DNA of 64,000 bases from Thermovenabulum sp. (GCF_049701175.1 NZ_JBNATW010000009.1:9904-73903), one strand, 5' to 3'; counted from the stretch's first letter, positions 53,896-62,722 are shown. Notes: a model not told the origin generated them from the sequence alone. Made by a program: numbers and translations.

Positions 53896-54754
53896 TTTTA
53901 TCCCATCCTTTCATCCCCTTAAGCTCCATAAAAACCCGACAAATTGATGCAAACTCTTCTATGCTCAAAGTTTCCGCCCTTCTCTTGCCATCAATATCCG
54001 TTTTCTGAAAAATGGTATCCACTTCCTCAGGGCTTAACTCTAAATTATTTTTCAATGAATTTCTAACGGTTTTTCTCCTCTCTGCAAAAGCAGCCTCTAC
54101 TATTTTAAAAAATATTTTCTCATCAGGTATATCCACCTTGGCCTTTTTTTGAAGGTCGAGTTTAACTATGGCCGAATCTACCTTGGGTGGAGGGAAAAAT
54201 GCCCCTTTTTTAACCAAAGATACGATTTCCACATCCGAATAAAGCTGCACTGCTATGCTCAGTATGCCGTAGCTCTTGCTGCCCGGTAGGGATGCAAGCC
54301 TTTCTGCTACCTCTTTTTGAACCATTACCACAGCTTTAGAAATAATATCCCGGTTTTCTATAACCTTCATCAAAATAGGGCTGGTGATATAATACGGTAA
54401 ATTCGCCACAATTTTGAAACAATTATTTGTAAAATAATCTTTTTTTATTCTATTTAAGTCTAATTTTAGCACATCTTCATTTATCAAACAAACATTTTTC
54501 CGGTCTTTTAGCAGGTCTTCCAAAATTTTTATCAAAGACCCATCCTTTTCCACAGCAACGACTTTTCTCGAATAATCAGCCAATTTTAGAGTCAAAACCC
54601 CAAGGCCAGGACCAATCTCCAAAACCTCATCTTCCTTAGTTATCTCCGCAGCTTTTATCATTTTGTATAAAAAGGATTCATCCATTAAAAAATGTTGGCC
54701 GAGCCTTTTACTCGGCCTTATATCGTACTTTTTCATTATCTCTTTTATTTTCAA
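53882..54754 (-). CDS. rsmA: 16S rRNA (adenine1518/1519-N6)-dimethyltransferase
   Basis: KRLGQHFL, EIGPGLGVLT and ANLPYYITSPI motifs. Confidence 0.95.
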   Translation of the reverse strand: MKIKEIMKKYDIRPSKRLGQHFLMDESFLYKMIKAAEITKEDEVLEIGPGLGVLTLKLADYSRKVVAVEKDGSLIKILEDLLKDRKNVCLINEDVLKLDLNRIKKDYFTNNCFKIVANLPYYITSPILMKVIENRDIISKAVVMVQKEVAERLASLPGSKSYGILSIAVQLYSDVEIVSLVKKGAFFPPPKVDSAIVKLDLQKKAKVDIPDEKIFFKIVEAAFAERRKTVRNSLKNNLELSPEEVDTIFQKTDIDGKRRAETLSIEEFASICRVFMELKGMKGWDKNVFH

Positions 54755-54769
54755 AAATTACCACCTCAA

Positions 54770-55360
54770 TTAACCCTTTTCAAACTTCCTTACCCTAAAC
54801 CCTACCCCTAATTCCTCTGCAATTTTCCTGCACTTTTCTATGTCAATTTCGGGCAGTTCTACAACGGTTAAAATCACCTTGGGCACGTAATTCTTACACT
54901 TTCTAGCAAACTCCAGTACCGCATAGAAAGCTTCCTCGCCGTAGTCGGAACGGCAGATTTTATCATATTTTTCCGCATTATCGGCATTGAGGCTTATGGA
55001 AACCACATCAATTAGACCCTTAAATTGAAGGGTTATATCTTCTCCATGAATTAGATTCCCCAAACCATTGGTATTTATTCTTATAGGAATTCCAGGATAA
55101 TTATTCTTGATATAGGAAGCTACATCCAATACCACCTGAAGCCTTAATAAAGGCTCTCCGTAACCGCAAAAAACAATCTCCTTATATTTTTCCGGCTCTT
55201 TAATTGCTTCTATTATTTCCTTTGTGGTGGGTTCCCTTTCAAGCCAAAGATCATAACCTCCTACGCCCTTTGCAAAGTTCCTAATGCAAAAACTGCACTT
55301 ATTCGGGCAACGATTGGTAATGTTTAAATACAATGAATCACCTATCTTATATGCTATCAT
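54770..55360 (-). CDS. TatD-associated radical SAM protein
   Basis: CPNKCSFC CxxxCxxC cluster near the N-terminus; small (about 195 aa); close to tatD. Confidence 0.65.
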   Translation of the reverse strand: MIAYKIGDSLYLNITNRCPNKCSFCIRNFAKGVGGYDLWLEREPTTKEIIEAIKEPEKYKEIVFCGYGEPLLRLQVVLDVASYIKNNYPGIPIRINTNGLGNLIHGEDITLQFKGLIDVVSISLNADNAEKYDKICRSDYGEEAFYAVLEFARKCKNYVPKVILTVVELPEIDIEKCRKIAEELGVGFRVRKFEKG

Positions 55361-55441
55361 ACTCGCCCCGCCCATTCTTAGAATTTTTCTATGCTATTTT
55401 AACACAAATTGATGTTTAGCACAATCAGAAATTAGAAATAT

Positions 55442-55477
55442 AAAAAATAGTGACCCATCGTTAAATATTGGGTCACT
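55442..55477 (-). terminator. rho-independent terminator after trpP
   Basis: AGTGACCCA-atatttaacga-TGGGTCACT followed by ATTTTTTAT on the minus strand. Confidence 0.75.
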
Positions 55478-55513
55478 TTAATTATTGACATCTTTTATCC
55501 TTAATATCTTGTA

Positions 55514-56023
55514 TTACGACTTGATAACCGCCCTAAAAGCCGTTTTGGCCACATTATATAAGACAAGAGCTGCAACCGTATTTATTGCTGCTGTAGGAAG
55601 GACGACCATCGTATAAAGCGCAGAAAAAGCTGCTGGCAGAGCTCCCACAACAAGCATTGCGACACTTAAAAATATGGCCCCGCTCAACATGGTCCCGACA
55701 AGGGTGATGAATGGCACTGCTATCTGCCTGTTTAAAGAAGGTGTCATCCGTATTAAAAGCGCCACTACCTGCCCTGTTATCAATTCATCGACAATATTGG
55801 CAATCTGTCCTCCGGGAAAGGTAGTAGAAAGGGCAGCAAATATTCCTCCGAGAAAACCTGCAAGCAGCGCGTTCTTTGGTTTTGGGTTTAAAAAAAGCGA
55901 AAAGAAAAGCATAATAAGAAGAAAATTGGGCCTCATCCCTGCCACAATAGGCGGTGTCACCTGATGCAAAACATAACCTACAGCCATTAAAAGTGCAGTA
56001 ATTAAGGAATCTTTTAATTTCAT
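55514..56023 (-). CDS. trpP: tryptophan transporter TrpP (ECF S-component-like)
   Basis: Collinear similarity to B. subtilis TrpP/YhaG (ALHxxxPP..GGM.P..MLIM...FP.GQI.NI.D...). It is preceded by a T-box with a UGG specifier. Confidence 0.75.
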   Translation of the reverse strand: MKLKDSLITALLMAVGYVLHQVTPPIVAGMRPNFLLIMLFFSLFLNPKPKNALLAGFLGGIFAALSTTFPGGQIANIVDELITGQVVALLIRMTPSLNRQIAVPFITLVGTMLSGAIFLSVAMLVVGALPAAFSALYTMVVLPTAAINTVAALVLYNVAKTAFRAVIKS

Positions 56024-56059
56024 AAATTAAAACCTCCTTAATGTTTTTTGAAATTTTCA

Positions 56060-56390
56060 TAAAAAAAAAGCACCCATCCCCAGCGGGACGGATGCTTTTA
56101 TCCGCGGTGCCACCCGAATTAGCCCTGCAAGAAGCAAAAACGGCATTTCACCCATCAGGATGAAATGCCGTATATGCCACCTGAAAGCAGGACTCTCTCT
56201 TAGGGTACGGCTAAATTCTGCGATACCCCGCCCTTTTTTTAACGGAGGGCTTCCCGGCAGCAGCTACTTGAACCCTCTTTCGCCACCGCATCTACAGGGC
56301 CCATTCACCCTACCTTTCGGTACCGCCTTTCCACCACCGGCAGCTCTCTTTAACCTTCCGGTAAGGCTACTCTTCCCTGTCATTGAATTT
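56060..56390 (-). promoter_or_regulatory. T-box riboswitch leader (Trp specifier UGG) with terminator
   Basis: The minus strand has AGUA, AGAGAG...GGTGGTGGAAAG distal elements and GAA-UGG-G just before helix closure (UGG at 56301-56303). The T-box sequence AATTCGGGTGGCACCGCGG is present, followed by a 12-bp terminator stem and T9. Confidence 0.85.
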
Positions 56391-56505
56391 ATCGTTTTAA
56401 TACTTTAATATTATTTTGGAATATTATATATCATTTTTCTATAGATTGCAATATGGCTTTTTACTATTTTCAAAAATTTTTCGTCACAACAGATTGTAAA
56501 AAAAA

Positions 56506-57270
56506 TTAATGTATCTTAAAAAAACTAATCGCTTTTTCCCATATTATTTTCTTTATCTCCTCTACATCCATACCTTTTAAGTTAGCATAGTAATCGTAAA
56601 TAATTTTTATCAATGTAGGGTCATTCCTCCTACCCCTGTAGGGCTCCGGAGTGAGGTATGGAGAATCGGTTTCTAAAAAAACGTTCTCTAAGGGTAAATG
56701 CCTTATTACTTCCCTTCCCGATTTATTTTTTTTAAAAGTCATCGATCCCCCGAAGGAAAAAAAGTAGCCTCTTTTTAAAGCTTCCTCCGCCATCGAAAGG
56801 TCCCCCGAAAAGCAGTGAAGCATTACATCCTTTATTCCCACTTCTTCTAAAATTTTCAAGACATCCTCATGAGCTTCCCTGTCATGGACAACAACGGGAA
56901 GTTCAAGCTCTCCTGCCAAGTAAAGCTGTTCTCTAAATACCTCTATCTGTCTTTCTTTGGGAGAAAAATTGTAATAATAGTCAAGGCCGATTTCTCCCAA
57001 AGCGACGACCTTAGGATTTTTCGAAAGCTTCCTTAATTCATTAATATAATCCTTATTCACTTTTGCAGCCTCGTGGGGGTGAACCCCCACGGCCGCAAAT
57101 ATATTGTCATGTTTTGAAAGCTCCACTGAAAACAGGCTAGAATCAATATCTACTCCTGCATTTATAAAATATACATTTTCCCTTTTTGCCTTTTCGACTA
57201 TTTCAAGCCTATCTTTATCAAAAGCCTCATCGTCCAAATGGGCGTGAACATCCAAATACAACACCATCAA
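56506..57270 (-). CDS. tatD: TatD-family metal-dependent DNase/hydrolase
   Basis: DVHAHLD N-terminal motif; TatD fold motifs throughout; synteny next to metG. Confidence 0.9.
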   Translation of the reverse strand: MMVLYLDVHAHLDDEAFDKDRLEIVEKAKRENVYFINAGVDIDSSLFSVELSKHDNIFAAVGVHPHEAAKVNKDYINELRKLSKNPKVVALGEIGLDYYYNFSPKERQIEVFREQLYLAGELELPVVVHDREAHEDVLKILEEVGIKDVMLHCFSGDLSMAEEALKRGYFFSFGGSMTFKKNKSGREVIRHLPLENVFLETDSPYLTPEPYRGRRNDPTLIKIIYDYYANLKGMDVEEIKKIIWEKAISFFKIH

Positions 57271-57274
57271 CCCC

Positions 57275-59200
57275 TTATTTGACTTTTGCGCCCGATGGAA
57301 TATCCCTTTCTACCGTGATGATTGAAAGTTTGTCCTGAGTTGATGCTGCAAGAAGCATCCCTTGAGATTCTACTCCCTTTAATCTGGCCGGTTTTAAATT
57401 TGCCACAACCACTATTTTCTTACCGATAAGCTCTTCAGGTGAATAATATTTTGCAATTCCCGCTACAATCTGCCTTTTTTCCTCACCTATTTTCACCTGC
57501 AATTTGAGGAGTTTATCCGCTCCCTCGATCTTTTCTGCCTCTACTACTTCCGCAATCCTAAGTTCAACCTTTGAAAAGTCATCAATCGTGATTATATTGT
57601 TTTCTTCTCCTTTTTGTTCTTTAATCTCTTTGTTATTGTCGTTGTTTTTATCCTTTGAACTTTCTTGAGCCTTTTCAATCCTGGGGAATATTATTTCCTT
57701 CTGGCCTATTTTTGTACCCACCGGTAAAACACCCCATTTTTTAGCATCCTCCCACGTGCAAACCTCATCGGGTATGCCGAGCTGTTTTCTGATTTTTTGG
57801 GGCGTATTGGGCATAAAAGGAGAAATATGGATTGAAATTACCCGAAGTGCTTCTGCAAGGTTAAAAAGCACCGTGTTTAGTCTATCTTTTTTGGCATCGT
57901 CCTTTGCAAGAATCCAAGGAGATGTCTCGTCTATATATTTATTTGCCCTTCCTATGAACTGCCATATCTCCTTTAAGGCTTCGGAAAATTCAAAGGAGTC
58001 CATCAACGATTCTATCTTTTGTGGCAAGGATCTCGCCATTTCTATTAGTTCCCTGTCTTCTTCGGTGAATTCACCGGCTTTGGGTATCTGTCCGCCGCAG
58101 TACTTTTCAATCATTGTCACCGTTCTTGAAAGTAAATTCCCAAGGTCGTTGGCAAGGTCATAGTTTATCCTGTCAATAAGGGCATCGTTTGAAAAATTGC
58201 CATCTGCTCCGAAGGGTATTTCTCTTAATAAAAAGTACCTAATGGCATCAACACCGTACAAATCTACCAATACCCTCGGGTCCACCACATTACCCTTAGA
58301 TTTTGACATCTTCCCGCCTTCCAATATAAGCCATCCGTGTCCGAATACCCTCTTGGGAAGGGGAAGGTCTAATGCCATAAGCATTGCGGGCCATATAATT
58401 GTATGGAACCTTACAATTTCCTTACCTACTAAATGTACATCAGCGGGCCAGTATTTATCAAAGAGCTTATTGTCGAAGGGATATCCCAAGGCAGTGATGT
58501 AATTTGACAGGGCGTCTATCCAGACGTAAACCACATGTCCTTCATCAAAGGTAACGGGTATTCCCCAGTTAAAACTGGTCCTTGAAACACAAAGGTCTTC
58601 AAGCCCGGGCTTTAAAAAGTTATTTAACATCTCATTCCTTCTCGAAGGAGGCTGTATGAAATCCGGGTTTTTTTCAATATATTCTATGAGTTTATCCCGG
58701 TATTTTGAAAGCCTGAAAAAGTATGCCTCTTCCCTTACAAGTTCTACAGGCCTCCCACAGTCCGGGCATTTGCCGTCAATCAATTCCCTTTCTGTAAAAA
58801 AGGATTCGCAGGGTGTGCAGTACCACCCTTCGTATTCACCTTTATAAATATCTCCCTTTTCGTAAAGTTTCTTAAAAATTTCCTGGACGCCTTTTACATG
58901 GTATTCATCGGTAGTCCTTATAAAATGGTCGTAAGATATGTCCAGTATCTTCCAAAGTTCCTTTATCCAGTCCACTATCTCGTCAACGTACTCCTTAGGG
59001 GTTTTCCCCTTTTCTTGGGCTTTCCTTTGAATCTTCTGCCCGTGCTCGTCCGTCCCAGTTAAAAAGAAAACGTCGTAGCCCGTAAGCCTTTTGAACCTGG
59101 CCATGGCATCGGCTGCCACAGTCGTATAAGAATGGCCGATGTGGAGTTTGTCACTTGGATAGTATATAGGCGTTGTAATATAAAAGGTTTTCCTTTCCAT
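57275..59200 (-). CDS. metG: methionine--tRNA ligase (with C-terminal EMAP/tRNA-binding domain)
   Basis: HIGH (KLHIGHSY) and KMSKS motifs, a CxxC...CxxC zinc knuckle, and a C-terminal Trbp111-like domain. Confidence 0.95.
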   Translation of the reverse strand: MERKTFYITTPIYYPSDKLHIGHSYTTVAADAMARFKRLTGYDVFFLTGTDEHGQKIQRKAQEKGKTPKEYVDEIVDWIKELWKILDISYDHFIRTTDEYHVKGVQEIFKKLYEKGDIYKGEYEGWYCTPCESFFTERELIDGKCPDCGRPVELVREEAYFFRLSKYRDKLIEYIEKNPDFIQPPSRRNEMLNNFLKPGLEDLCVSRTSFNWGIPVTFDEGHVVYVWIDALSNYITALGYPFDNKLFDKYWPADVHLVGKEIVRFHTIIWPAMLMALDLPLPKRVFGHGWLILEGGKMSKSKGNVVDPRVLVDLYGVDAIRYFLLREIPFGADGNFSNDALIDRINYDLANDLGNLLSRTVTMIEKYCGGQIPKAGEFTEEDRELIEMARSLPQKIESLMDSFEFSEALKEIWQFIGRANKYIDETSPWILAKDDAKKDRLNTVLFNLAEALRVISIHISPFMPNTPQKIRKQLGIPDEVCTWEDAKKWGVLPVGTKIGQKEIIFPRIEKAQESSKDKNNDNNKEIKEQKGEENNIITIDDFSKVELRIAEVVEAEKIEGADKLLKLQVKIGEEKRQIVAGIAKYYSPEELIGKKIVVVANLKPARLKGVESQGMLLAASTQDKLSIITVERDIPSGAKVK

Positions 59201-59247
59201 TATTTACCCTCCTCTTTTTTGGAAAAAATTTCTATTAAAACCTCATA

Positions 59248-59495
59248 CAAATCAAAAAACCCCCGCCCTTTGATAAAAGGGGCGAGGGTTGCCCGCGGTA
59301 CCACCCTAATTCGCCTTTTCGGCCTTTTTTGCTTTATCGGGCACATCCCGCCTTTGCCTTAAGGGAAAAACCTTTTGGCAAAAGTTTTCTCCGGGTCCAT
59401 GTTCGGCAAAAAAGCAGGCACCGGCTTTCACCTTCCCCGGCTCTCTTTAGCCTCTTTTTATACCTACTCAACCCTTCATTGAAGCTCTCTATTAA
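59248..59495 (-). promoter_or_regulatory. T-box riboswitch leader (Met specifier AUG) with terminator
   Basis: The minus strand has AGUA and AAAGAGAGCCGGGGAAGGTGAAAG elements. AUG-G (AUG at 59398-59400) sits immediately before helix closure. The T-box AATTAGGGTGGTACCGCGG is present, and the terminator CCCTCGCCCCTT...AAGGGCGGGGG is followed by T6. Confidence 0.85.
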
Positions 59496-59505
59496 GTTTA
59501 GATAA

Positions 59506-59534
59506 TATATACCAGTTTTTTCGGCTTATGTCAA
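59506..59534 (-). promoter_or_regulatory. putative metG promoter whose -35 overlaps the herA stop codon
   Basis: Minus strand TTGACA (containing the herA TGA), 17 nt, TATATA. Confidence 0.45.
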
Positions 59535-61366
59535 GCTTCCGTATAAAAACTGCCAAAGGGTGATTCCTCTTTTTTTAGCTTCCCTTCCCTTACCAATTCC
59601 TCCAATATATTTTTTAATGCGTTCACTTCTAAAACCACTTTTGGATTTTTACTACTTATGTTTTTAGCCGCTTTTAAAAGGTTTGTCTCATAAATGGGGA
59701 GTTCCTCGGCTATTAAATTAAAATACTCATCCTTCTCTTTTTTGCTTTGTTCCACCAGCTCATCAAAGGGATTTTTTATATGGGGGCTAATAGAATAGGG
59801 GTACCTAATCCTTATCGCAATGGTCCTTCCGAATAATGGCGTTGAAACAAAAGCGTCACCTGAGGGAAGGTAGGGAAGCCTTTTTGCCTCTTCAGAGCTT
59901 AAATCCGTCTCCTCCATTATGGTGCTGATATCGTTTCCCCTGACCGTCCTGAATATAATCTTTGTATTAAGCTGGGCAGTGACTGTCTCGTCTAAAAGTG
60001 TCGGCCTTTGGGTGGCTAAAACTAGAAATACCCCGTATTTTCTTCCCTCTTGGGCAATTTCCTTTATTATACCCTTGCTCGGAGCATCATAGCCCTTTGG
60101 CGCAAAGTTGTGGGCCTCATCAGTAGCCACAACAAAGGGCGGAAAGTATTCATGGCCTATTTCTCCTTTTAGCTCCCCGTCTTTATAATCCCTTCTTTTT
60201 CTGTACAAACTCGAGAGAATATATGTGGCAAATACCTGCAAAAGCCATATGGGCCCCTGGATGACGGAAAGCTTTCCGGATTTTAAAGCATTTACAACGG
60301 GGTTTATGTCGTGGCTGAATATGCCCGAATAGTAAAGCCTCTTTAACCTCCACGAAATCCCCTGCACTGAGGGTAGAGGAATGTTCGAGTATTCTTCAAC
60401 CAATTCCCTCAACCTTTTGTACTTTTCCCTTTCACTGTCTTTTAGCCCCTCCACGGAAAGCATCTTGTCCAATTTTGTTTTTCCCATTTCCAAGCCTTCG
60501 CATAAATCTTCAATCCTTGAAGAAAAACTGGTGTAAGTATCTCCTTTTTTAAAAAGGATTTCCACCGCACTGGACATAGCCTCCGTCAGCGGCTTCACAG
60601 CAGATAAAAGGTCCAAAAGGTCCCTTGCGGATAGTGCTGAAAACTCTACTCCTATGTCTTCCCCTATCTGGAATTTCTGAAACTCAAAAGTAAAGTCTGG
60701 GCTTTCGGGAAGGCCCGATGAATTGGAAAAATCCATTTCGTAATGGGGGTCAAGTATTATGGAAGGTATTCTTTTTTTCATCAATTCTTCCATTATTACC
60801 CTCATGCCGAAGGACTTCCCAGAGCCCGAGCCTCCGAAAATACCGATATGGGGGTACTGCTGAAAGGACCTTAAATCCAGAATAAAGGGTACACCTTTAG
60901 TTTTTTCAGCACTGCCCTTATTTAATACATAAAAGAGTCCCTTTAGCTCGTCCTCCATAGTTAGTGCGGTTTCTTCCGTATGTTTTATCTCTCCCAGCAC
61001 AAGGCCTTCTTCTTTTTTACCCCTGATAAGTAAATTTTTTACCTCAAAAAATTGAGGAACCCTTGCTTTCGAACCCGTTACTATTGGGTAGGTGGTCTCC
61101 GTCATGAGCTTTACCTTTGCCACATTCACTTCCTCTTCATCAATGCTGTAACCCAGCCTCTTTAATGACTCTATGACCTTAGCATCAAAAAAATCGTGGT
61201 TTACGGAAAAAGGGATGTATCTATTGTAGGAAAAGGTTTCCGATACCTCTCCTATTACCGGCCCCTGATTGGGGTCTTCTATAAGTATCAGTTCATTCAT
61301 CCTGAACTTTCTTTCTTTTGAGGCTATGTAAACCTCATGAGAGGTTGTAAGCCCAACCACGTTCAT
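59531..61366 (-). CDS. herA: HerA-like FtsK/HerA-superfamily ATPase (DUF87 type)
   Basis: N-terminal HAS-barrel-like region, Walker A GIFGGSGSGKS, Walker B VVATDEAHNF, and the conserved LATQRP...IIFRT segment. Confidence 0.75.
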   Translation of the reverse strand: MNVVGLTTSHEVYIASKERKFRMNELILIEDPNQGPVIGEVSETFSYNRYIPFSVNHDFFDAKVIESLKRLGYSIDEEEVNVAKVKLMTETTYPIVTGSKARVPQFFEVKNLLIRGKKEEGLVLGEIKHTEETALTMEDELKGLFYVLNKGSAEKTKGVPFILDLRSFQQYPHIGIFGGSGSGKSFGMRVIMEELMKKRIPSIILDPHYEMDFSNSSGLPESPDFTFEFQKFQIGEDIGVEFSALSARDLLDLLSAVKPLTEAMSSAVEILFKKGDTYTSFSSRIEDLCEGLEMGKTKLDKMLSVEGLKDSEREKYKRLRELVEEYSNIPLPSVQGISWRLKRLYYSGIFSHDINPVVNALKSGKLSVIQGPIWLLQVFATYILSSLYRKRRDYKDGELKGEIGHEYFPPFVVATDEAHNFAPKGYDAPSKGIIKEIAQEGRKYGVFLVLATQRPTLLDETVTAQLNTKIIFRTVRGNDISTIMEETDLSSEEAKRLPYLPSGDAFVSTPLFGRTIAIRIRYPYSISPHIKNPFDELVEQSKKEKDEYFNLIAEELPIYETNLLKAAKNISSKNPKVVLEVNALKNILEELVREGKLKKEESPFGSFYTEA

Positions 61367-61387
61367 TTTTTTTCATCTCCCTTCAAT

Positions 61388-62365
61388 TTATGGGTTTCTT
61401 TTTTCCCTTTTTGGAGTTAAAACTTCCAAAAAATCCTCCCCTAAATAGCTTTTTGCAACCATTTCCATAAAAGGATCCCGTATTTTTACCCTTTTGTCGA
61501 TTATATCCATCCAAAGGGGTATACCCCTGCTGTTTTCGGGGGTGAGGGTATATACAAGGTTTGCAACAAATTTCGCGTATTCCTTCTGCTCTTCTAATAT
61601 ATCCACACCTATGGGTTTTGGGTCAATAGAACTCCTCATGAAAAACGTCCTGAAGCCTTCTTTAAAAAGCCCCGGTTTTACTTCTAAGTATTCCCCCATA
61701 TCCATTATGCCGAGCAATATTTCCCAGTCAGCAGAATACTTAAATACGGAAGGAAGCAATTCCCTTATTAAACTGCTTATAAGCGATGTAGAAATTCCCT
61801 CAACTATGCCAGCAACTATTACATTTTTGTTTAAAGCAATATTTTTAATTTGTTCAAAGTAGTCCTTTGCTTCAATTTTAAACCTGACTAAAGAGCCGTC
61901 AAGAAAAAGCACCTTGGGATTAAATCTTTCCAAAGCCTCCTTTGCTGCCTTAGCCTCAAGCTCTGCAAGGCCCTTTTTTAATAAAGCTTTATACTCTTCT
62001 TCGTCCATAAGGTCATCCAACAAAAGGGGAGAGTCCACTTCCGAAAGAAGGATTTCCTCATGCCTTATTTCAGAAGACAAACCAAGAGCGCGCTTAATGT
62101 AAAAAAGATATGGGTATACACCCCCTATGCTGTTTATAGAACCATCGACACCCGCTATTCCACCCTTTAATTTTATTTCATCAAGCTCGCTTTCCGAAAG
62201 TTTATCGGCTTTTAAAAACTCACCTATGTAATTTTCTTCTATTATGGTTCTTATCCTCTCCCTTTTGGGCCTTTTTGAAATTCTCTCCCTCAATTTTTCA
62301 GCCGTTTCTTTAATTTTTTCCTTTAAATCTTCACTTACATCCGTGAAATTTTCCTCTTTTTTCAA
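61388..62365 (-). CDS. nurA: NurA-domain nuclease
   Basis: NurA acidic motifs IAGVDGS and VLFLDGSLV plus GIVEGIST. It lies immediately upstream of herA on the same strand. TTG start after GGAGG. Confidence 0.7.
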   Translation of the reverse strand: MKKEENFTDVSEDLKEKIKETAEKLRERISKRPKRERIRTIIEENYIGEFLKADKLSESELDEIKLKGGIAGVDGSINSIGGVYPYLFYIKRALGLSSEIRHEEILLSEVDSPLLLDDLMDEEEYKALLKKGLAELEAKAAKEALERFNPKVLFLDGSLVRFKIEAKDYFEQIKNIALNKNVIVAGIVEGISTSLISSLIRELLPSVFKYSADWEILLGIMDMGEYLEVKPGLFKEGFRTFFMRSSIDPKPIGVDILEEQKEYAKFVANLVYTLTPENSRGIPLWMDIIDKRVKIRDPFMEMVAKSYLGEDFLEVLTPKREKRNP

Positions 62366-62470
62366 AATTACCGCCTCCAGAATTTGTATAAATTTTAAAA
62401 AATGTTGACTCTTTTTTACATAAATGGTATATTTTTGTTAGAAAAATTTTGTCGAAAGGGGGCGAATTTC

Positions 62471-62713
62471 ATGAAGTCAACGGGGGTCGTTCGAAAAGTT
62501 GATGAGCTCGGCAGGGTAGTAATACCCATTGAGCTTAGGAGGGTTTTAAATATTTCTGAAAAAGATCCCCTCGAAATCTATGTAGATGGCGATAAAATAA
62601 TTCTGAAAAAATACGAACCCGGCTGCATCTTCTGCGGAAGTGCAGATGACGTAGTAAATTTCAAAGGCAAAAATGTTTGCAAAAAATGTATAAGTGAAAT
62701 GAACAACCAATAA
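62471..62713 (+). CDS. abrB: transition-state regulator AbrB (SpoVT/AbrB swapped-hairpin domain) with Cys-rich C-terminus
   Basis: MKSTGVVRKVDELGRVVIPIELRRVLNI is the canonical AbrB N-domain. The C-terminus carries CIFCG...CKKC. I prefer the ATG at 62471 after GGGGG. Confidence 0.85.
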   Translation: MKSTGVVRKVDELGRVVIPIELRRVLNISEKDPLEIYVDGDKIILKKYEPGCIFCGSADDVVNFKGKNVCKKCISEMNNQ

Positions 62714-62722
62714 TGGAAACCT

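Noticed and set aside
56160-56408. Plus-strand 82-aa ORF, and the minus-strand 91-aa ORF at 55785..56060.
   Set aside because: The first is antisense to the Trp T-box leader. The second overlaps trpP out of frame and runs across the trpP start region up to the edge of the leader. Neither has an RBS.
59132-59362. Plus-strand 76-aa ORF.
   Set aside because: It is antisense to the metG start and the Met T-box leader.
59531-62365. Calling NurA-HerA a known named anti-phage defence system.
   Set aside because: The described HerA-based defence systems pair HerA with other effectors such as Sir2-like or DUF4297-type proteins. Here the partner is NurA, and no other defence genes flank it. A defence role is offered only as one hypothesis.
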